DNA from: an uncultured Bdellovibrionales bacterium
GTDB taxonomy: Bacteria > Patescibacteriota > Minisyncoccia > Moranbacterales > DUUL01
Length of the DNA: 64,000 nucleotides
Assembly (NCBI GenBank): GCA_964458715.1
Contig: CAYWJP010000001.1
Location: 2,022 to 66,021, forward strand
Direction of reading: 5' to 3'
Part shown: positions 59,427 through 64,000 of the stretch, piece after piece
Numbering within the stretch: the first letter of the stretch is position 1
How the letters are laid out: the number at the start of each line of letters is the position of its first letter
Position numbers and translations under genes: made by a program
The notes under the pieces: generated by a model
What the model was told of the DNA's origin: nothing
What the model saw: only the letters and a program-made list of their open reading frames with translations
Databases searched by the model: none

Positions 59427-60170
59427 TTATTTTAAATAGTGTTTTAAGGTAAATATCCAATCCTCGTCCGTTCCCTCTTCCTCTTTTGTTTTTTTCAACC
59501 AATTTAAGTACTGTCGATCTTTTTGCACAATATCCTCAACTCTCTCTCCAGTATATTTCCCAAAAGGAAATTTTTTAATTAGGACTGGATTAGATGAAAT
59601 ATCAATCATCCGACCGATGATTTCTTCTTCTGAGGCCTTTGGTGCTTTTTCTTTAGCAACCTTTAATAAATGATTAAAAATCGCTTCCAGGACTATCACA
59701 TCGCCTTCAGCGCTATGAGGGGCGACTTCAACGTCAACTTCATAATAATATCGTAGAAATTGCAGATTATATTCAGGAATTTCTTGTTCAGAATCTAAAT
59801 AACGAGCTAATCGCAAAGTACAAATAGATTGAGAGGTTTTTAAATCCTCGTTGCTTAACATCGCAATATCAAATTTAGCATTGTGAGCCACTAAAATATT
59901 ATCCGGCAAAATCTTTTCCAAGTTTTTGGCAAATTTACTCCCTTGAAAAGCCTCCTCCTTCTCTACTGTTTTATTGGTAATATGAGTAATGCTCATCGCT
60001 TTGACAGAAATAGGGATAGGTGGTTTGAAATTCTTGACTTCAATTTTTCCTTCATCCGCCGTAGCCTTGGCGAAAACGGATCTTTTTCTATAAGCCACTT
60101 GACAAAGCCGATCTTTTTCCAAATCATTCCCCGTTGTTTCCGTATCTAAAAATATTAATTTCTTTTTCAT
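59427..60170 (-). CDS. DEDDh 3'-5' exonuclease (ExoX/DnaQ-like)
   Basis: LDTETTG, VAHNAKFD, HSAEGD, FPFGKY. Confidence 0.9.
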   Translation of the reverse strand: MKKKLIFLDTETTGNDLEKDRLCQVAYRKRSVFAKATADEGKIEVKNFKPPIPISVKAMSITHITNKTVEKEEAFQGSKFAKNLEKILPDNILVAHNAKFDIAMLSNEDLKTSQSICTLRLARYLDSEQEIPEYNLQFLRYYYEVDVEVAPHSAEGDVIVLEAIFNHLLKVAKEKAPKASEEEIIGRMIDISSNPVLIKKFPFGKYTGERVEDIVQKDRQYLNWLKKTKEEEGTDEDWIFTLKHYLK

Positions 60171-60175
60171 TTTAT

Positions 60176-60610
60176 TTAATTATTATTTAAAAATTTTTCA
60201 TCAAAAGGATTAAAATTTTGTTTATTCAAATTTTGTTGAGGGATAAAAAGCGGACTTGGTTGTTTGCTATATTCAAACCACTCCCACTTCTCACATTTAT
60301 CTGGCTCCATGAGCTGCGATTCTCCGGAAACATAATCAGCCAGCATTATTATCGTAATATAATGCTTATTTTCTTTAACAAAAAAATCATTAGTAGCCGT
60401 AGCAAATCTTAAATTTTTAATTTCCAAACCGGTTTCTTCTATCGTTTCTCGTCTAGCACACTCCTCCCAAGTTTCGTTAAAATCTAAATGACCACCGGGA
60501 AAACACCAACTCCCCTCACCATGAGAATTTTTTCTTTTCCCAAATAAAACTTTATTGTCTCTTAAGATGCAAACTCCCAATCCAATCTTTGGTCTTTCTT
60601 TTTCACTCAT
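60176..60610 (-). CDS. NUDIX hydrolase (NUDT15/MutT-like)
   Basis: PGGHLDFNETWEECARRETIEETG, EPDKCEKWEWF. Confidence 0.9.
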   Translation of the reverse strand: MSEKERPKIGLGVCILRDNKVLFGKRKNSHGEGSWCFPGGHLDFNETWEECARRETIEETGLEIKNLRFATATNDFFVKENKHYITIIMLADYVSGESQLMEPDKCEKWEWFEYSKQPSPLFIPQQNLNKQNFNPFDEKFLNNN

Positions 60611-60752
60611 AAATTAGGAAAATTAGAATTATTTAAAATAGAACCCACTTTTAAAAACTTTATGAACTTTTGACTTTAAAAACTCACTGCTTCTTGCTTA
60701 AATCTTAAAATTATTGTATCATACATGGAATTGTTATCAAATAATCTTTTTT

Positions 60753-62042
60753 ATGAATAAAGGTAAGGAGCAACATTCTTTTGATATCGCCATTATCGGT
60801 GGAGGCGCTGCTGGTATGATGACGGCTTTTTGGGCCTCTGAACAAGGAGCTCAAGTTGTCTTGCTTGACAAGAATGAAGAACTTGGTCAAAAAGTTGCCA
60901 TGACCGGCAAAGGTCGTTGCAATATCACTCAAGAAAATTTTACCAAAGAAACGCTAATTGATGCTCTTGGGAAAAAAGGACGATTTTTATTTTCAGCTTT
61001 TCATAAATTTAATGTTGAAAAAACTAAAGAATTTTTTGAAAAATCTGGGATAGCTTTAAAAACCGAACGAGGTGGCCGAGTCTTCCCTCAATCTGATAGT
61101 GCCGAAGAAGTTATTTCCGTTTTAAAAAGAAAACTTATCCAAAACGGAGTAGTTTTGATGAGGAAAACTAAACCTCTATCTTTTGAAACTAAAGGCAACG
61201 TTATTAAAAAAATTATTACTAGAAAAAGGGAAATAACTGCCAATCAATTCATTTTTTGCACTGGAGGAAAATCTTATCCGACCACTGGCTCCACTGGCAA
61301 TGGTTATCAATGGGCTAAAAACTTTGGTCATAAAATCGTAAAACCTATTCCTGCTCTAACCCCAATAAAAACTATCAATAAATGGGCCCGGCAACTTCAA
61401 GGAGTTTCTTTAAAAAATGTTAAATTGAGTGTTTTTCAAAATAACAAAAAACAGACAGAGCGTTTTGGCGAAATGCTATTCACTCATTTTGGCCTTAGCG
61501 GTCCAATCATTTTAGATGTTAGCAAGGAAGTTGGAACACTATTGAAAAAAGGCCGAGTAAAAATTTCTATCGATTTGAAACCGGCTTTGGAATTGAAAGA
61601 ATTAGACCAACGAGTTCAAAAAGATTTTCAAAAATACCAAGGTCGAAAATTTATTAATGCCTTGGATGATTTACTTCCCCAAAAAATGATTTCAACTATG
61701 ATTGAAATTTCTAAAATTGATCCTGAAAAAAAAGTTGGGGAAATTTCCAAAGAAGATCGTAAACGATTTGTTTCTTTACTGAAAAATATAGTTTTAAACG
61801 TTGATGATTTAGTAGGTTTTGATAATGCTATCATCACTTCTGGTGGAATTGAACTAGGCGAAGTTGATCAAAAAACCATGAAATCAAAACTGATTAATAA
61901 TCTCTATTTCGCTGGAGAAATTTTGGACTTAGACGGTCCTTCTGGTGGTTACAATCTTCAAATTTGCTGGACTACTGGATATACTGCCGGAAATAGCGCC
62001 GCCGAAACTATTAACGACATTAAATACAATACAGAAAAATAA
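60753..62042 (+). CDS. HI0933/BaiN-family flavoprotein (probable start ATG 60753)
   Basis: GGGAAG, TGKGRCN, GRVFP, LFTHFGLSGP, GGYNLQ. Confidence 0.92.
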   Translation: MNKGKEQHSFDIAIIGGGAAGMMTAFWASEQGAQVVLLDKNEELGQKVAMTGKGRCNITQENFTKETLIDALGKKGRFLFSAFHKFNVEKTKEFFEKSGIALKTERGGRVFPQSDSAEEVISVLKRKLIQNGVVLMRKTKPLSFETKGNVIKKIITRKREITANQFIFCTGGKSYPTTGSTGNGYQWAKNFGHKIVKPIPALTPIKTINKWARQLQGVSLKNVKLSVFQNNKKQTERFGEMLFTHFGLSGPIILDVSKEVGTLLKKGRVKISIDLKPALELKELDQRVQKDFQKYQGRKFINALDDLLPQKMISTMIEISKIDPEKKVGEISKEDRKRFVSLLKNIVLNVDDLVGFDNAIITSGGIELGEVDQKTMKSKLINNLYFAGEILDLDGPSGGYNLQICWTTGYTAGNSAAETINDIKYNTEK

Positions 62043-62059
62043 TAAATAAGAAGCATAAT

Positions 62060-62096
62060 AAAAAGGCTTTCGAATATTTAAAACGAAAGCCTTTTT
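62060..62096. terminator. Bidirectional terminator
   Basis: aaaaaggctttcg...cgaaagccttttt. Confidence 0.8.
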
Positions 62097-62129
62097 GAAT
62101 TCAGCATTAATCACAGCTTGACTCCTTTA

Positions 62130-62672
62130 TCAAGATAAAGTTTTTAAACAAAGGGCTGCTATCAGCCCATGTTTATTGCAATAATCCGAGCCAGGAACTA
62201 AGATTATTGCCAAGTTAAAATCTTCGACATAGATAATCATCATCTCCCGGATATGATTATTTATATTATAGACAACTTTCAAAATTTTTGCCTCATGAGA
62301 ACTCTTCTCTAAATAAGCAACAGCTATTTTCCCTGACCGCAAAGGAACGTAGCCCTCAAAATAACTGCTATTCTGAAAGTCTCTCAACCAATTATCGATA
62401 TCAGTAAGACTGTTAACTTCAATTGACTCCCTCTTTCCAGCATATCCGCCTGGCATCAAGAATGAGTGACCGGTTAAGGTTTTCATTCTAGATGTATTAC
62501 CAAGAGCCAATATTTTTTCAGCCTTTTTAAAATCACCGCCAGAGATGATGTCCGAAACGTCACTATCAGTAGGTATTTCTTTAACAGTTTTGAAACTTTT
62601 ACATCCGCTTAGAAAAAAAATACCGACAATTATCATAAACAACGAGATAACGAAAAAAATTGTTTTTTTCAT
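62130..62672 (-). CDS. Hypothetical lipoprotein (ORFan)
   Basis: LSGC lipobox; GGGAGG SD; TTGACA...TATACT upstream. Confidence 0.65.
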   Translation of the reverse strand: MKKTIFFVISLFMIIVGIFFLSGCKSFKTVKEIPTDSDVSDIISGGDFKKAEKILALGNTSRMKTLTGHSFLMPGGYAGKRESIEVNSLTDIDNWLRDFQNSSYFEGYVPLRSGKIAVAYLEKSSHEAKILKVVYNINNHIREMMIIYVEDFNLAIILVPGSDYCNKHGLIAALCLKTLS

Positions 62673-62773
62673 AGTTTCTTCCTCCCTTTTTTTATTATAA
62701 ATTTCAAGTTGCTAATAAGTTTTCTAGTATACACTATTAAGATAGAAATGTCAATATCTATATCGTCTTTAAA

Positions 62774-63346
62774 TCAAATTTTACAAACTTTATATTCGCA
62801 TTCTTTTAATAGAACTAATTCTCGATTTTTATCATTTCTTAATTTTTCGAAAATTTCTGCAGGAACAGGACTATAAATTTCTGACTGATAATGAGTTATT
62901 AAATTAATTGAAATAATTTTCAGCCCTTTAATTATTTCATTATAATCTTGATCATAAAAGTTTTCTACCAAAAAAAGAGCTCCCGCTGAAGAACCCGAAA
63001 TGGTTTTTCTGTCTAGATTATTTTTAAATTCTGGATATTTTCTTAAAGCTTCTAATATTTTTAAGGTATCTCCTCCTCGAAAATGAACTGCATTTGCCCA
63101 TTTCAATTGCTCCATAAATTTATCCTTGTCGGCTAATTGAAATTCCAAATCATCTCGCTCTAAATTATCCACAAAATTTTTCTGCGCCCATTTATGTTCT
63201 TCTTCCCAACGCTCCTCATCAATAGAAAAAAGACAAATCAAAATTTTTGGGGGTTTTGGTAAATCTCTGGCAACCTCTTGATGAAATTTTTTATTACTTT
63301 CATTTTGCACACTCGTCATTCCTCCATGTAATATAAATTTGGTCAT
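62774..63346 (-). CDS. Peptidase S51 / class I glutamine-amidotransferase-like protein
   Basis: ILHGG, FRGGDT, GSSAGA, THY. Confidence 0.8.
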   Translation of the reverse strand: MTKFILHGGMTSVQNESNKKFHQEVARDLPKPPKILICLFSIDEERWEEEHKWAQKNFVDNLERDDLEFQLADKDKFMEQLKWANAVHFRGGDTLKILEALRKYPEFKNNLDRKTISGSSAGALFLVENFYDQDYNEIIKGLKIISINLITHYQSEIYSPVPAEIFEKLRNDKNRELVLLKECEYKVCKI

Positions 63347-63351
63347 AAAAA

Positions 63352-63663
63352 CTAAATTACTTTTTTAATTCCCTTCAACCCTAAAATTAATAAAATTAAA
63401 ATTAAAATTTTTAAAAAATAGTGACCATCAAAATCAATAAAATCTCTAGTCATTGGAGTTAAATTTCCGACAATTAAATGAATTCCAATTCCAATCGGAA
63501 AAGTTAAAAATAACCAATTTATTTTGGGTATGTCGATTCCAATTTTAACAAAACCTTTCGATAACCACGGTGCTAATAAATACATCCCCAAAAATGCCGC
63601 CCCAAAATCAAAAATCGCATATCCATCCAAACGAAATTGTCTCAAAAATTCTATCGGAATCAT
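63352..63663 (-). CDS. Hypothetical membrane protein
   Basis: About 3 TM helices; LRQFR...AIFD, TPMT. Confidence 0.6.
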   Translation of the reverse strand: MIPIEFLRQFRLDGYAIFDFGAAFLGMYLLAPWLSKGFVKIGIDIPKINWLFLTFPIGIGIHLIVGNLTPMTRDFIDFDGHYFLKILILILLILGLKGIKKVI

Positions 63664-63789
63664 ATAGTTATATTTTATGACAAAAGAATTTATTTTAATT
63701 AAGACTAGTTCCTATTATTATAACATTAAATATTTAATCTATTCAATTTTCTTTACAATCAAGAGAAAAGGCGCTATCTTTTTACTTAT

Positions 63790-63876
<87 letters not shown>

Positions 63877-63894
63877 AATGCTTTCTTAAATAAA

Positions 63895-63925
63895 ACGCCG
63901 CTTGTTGATTGCAACCAAGCGGCGT
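63895..63925 (+). terminator. Strong hairpin after tRNA-Ser (no clear U-tract on the + strand)
   Basis: acgccgcttg...caagcggcgt. Confidence 0.5.
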
Positions 63926-64000
63926 AGAAGTTGGTGCGTTTCAGGACCGTGATAGTTACGGCCGCCGTTCAATGTCTTAAAGACAAAGCCGGGCCGGTGA

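Overview
AT-rich bacterial chromosome segment in genetic code 11. Gene content and divergence point to a Patescibacteria/CPR (Parcubacteria, Moranbacteria-like) organism; this is inference, not a search result. Left end (+ strand): a surface-glycosylation locus (nucleotide-sugar dehydrogenase, GT2, two GT4, a GT-C-like membrane protein, a Wzx flippase) that embeds a divergent RtcB-like ligase and a TMP-kinase-like gene. Most of the rest is minus-strand housekeeping: murE/femX, ruvA, serS, rsmG, lysS, uppP, rplY, murG, rpsL-rpsG-fusA-tuf, mraZ-rsmH-ftsL-ftsI-murF-pilin-ftsA-ftsZ, dnaG-rpoD, rmuC, a four-subunit pyruvate:ferredoxin oxidoreductase, a LutB-like protein, and tRNA-Ser(GGA) near the right end. 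The two most interesting signals: (1) seven ~95-145 bp long-hairpin elements with covarying stems and conserved bulge/loop motifs (GAGYRMARTTCRAGG...RACAAAGAAR), all in one orientation, each within 10 bp of the stop codon of a minus-strand gene, and folding best on the antisense strand; (2) the RtcB-like + kinase pair inside the glycan locus, with the catalytic His kept but several RNA/phosphate-contacting residues changed. Intergenic DNA also carries 7-8-bp-periodic inverted repeats and small GC-rich palindromes nested in the other repeats; one such palindrome sits in frame inside a gene. No CRISPR array, rRNA, transposase or integrase was seen. All alignments were done by eye.
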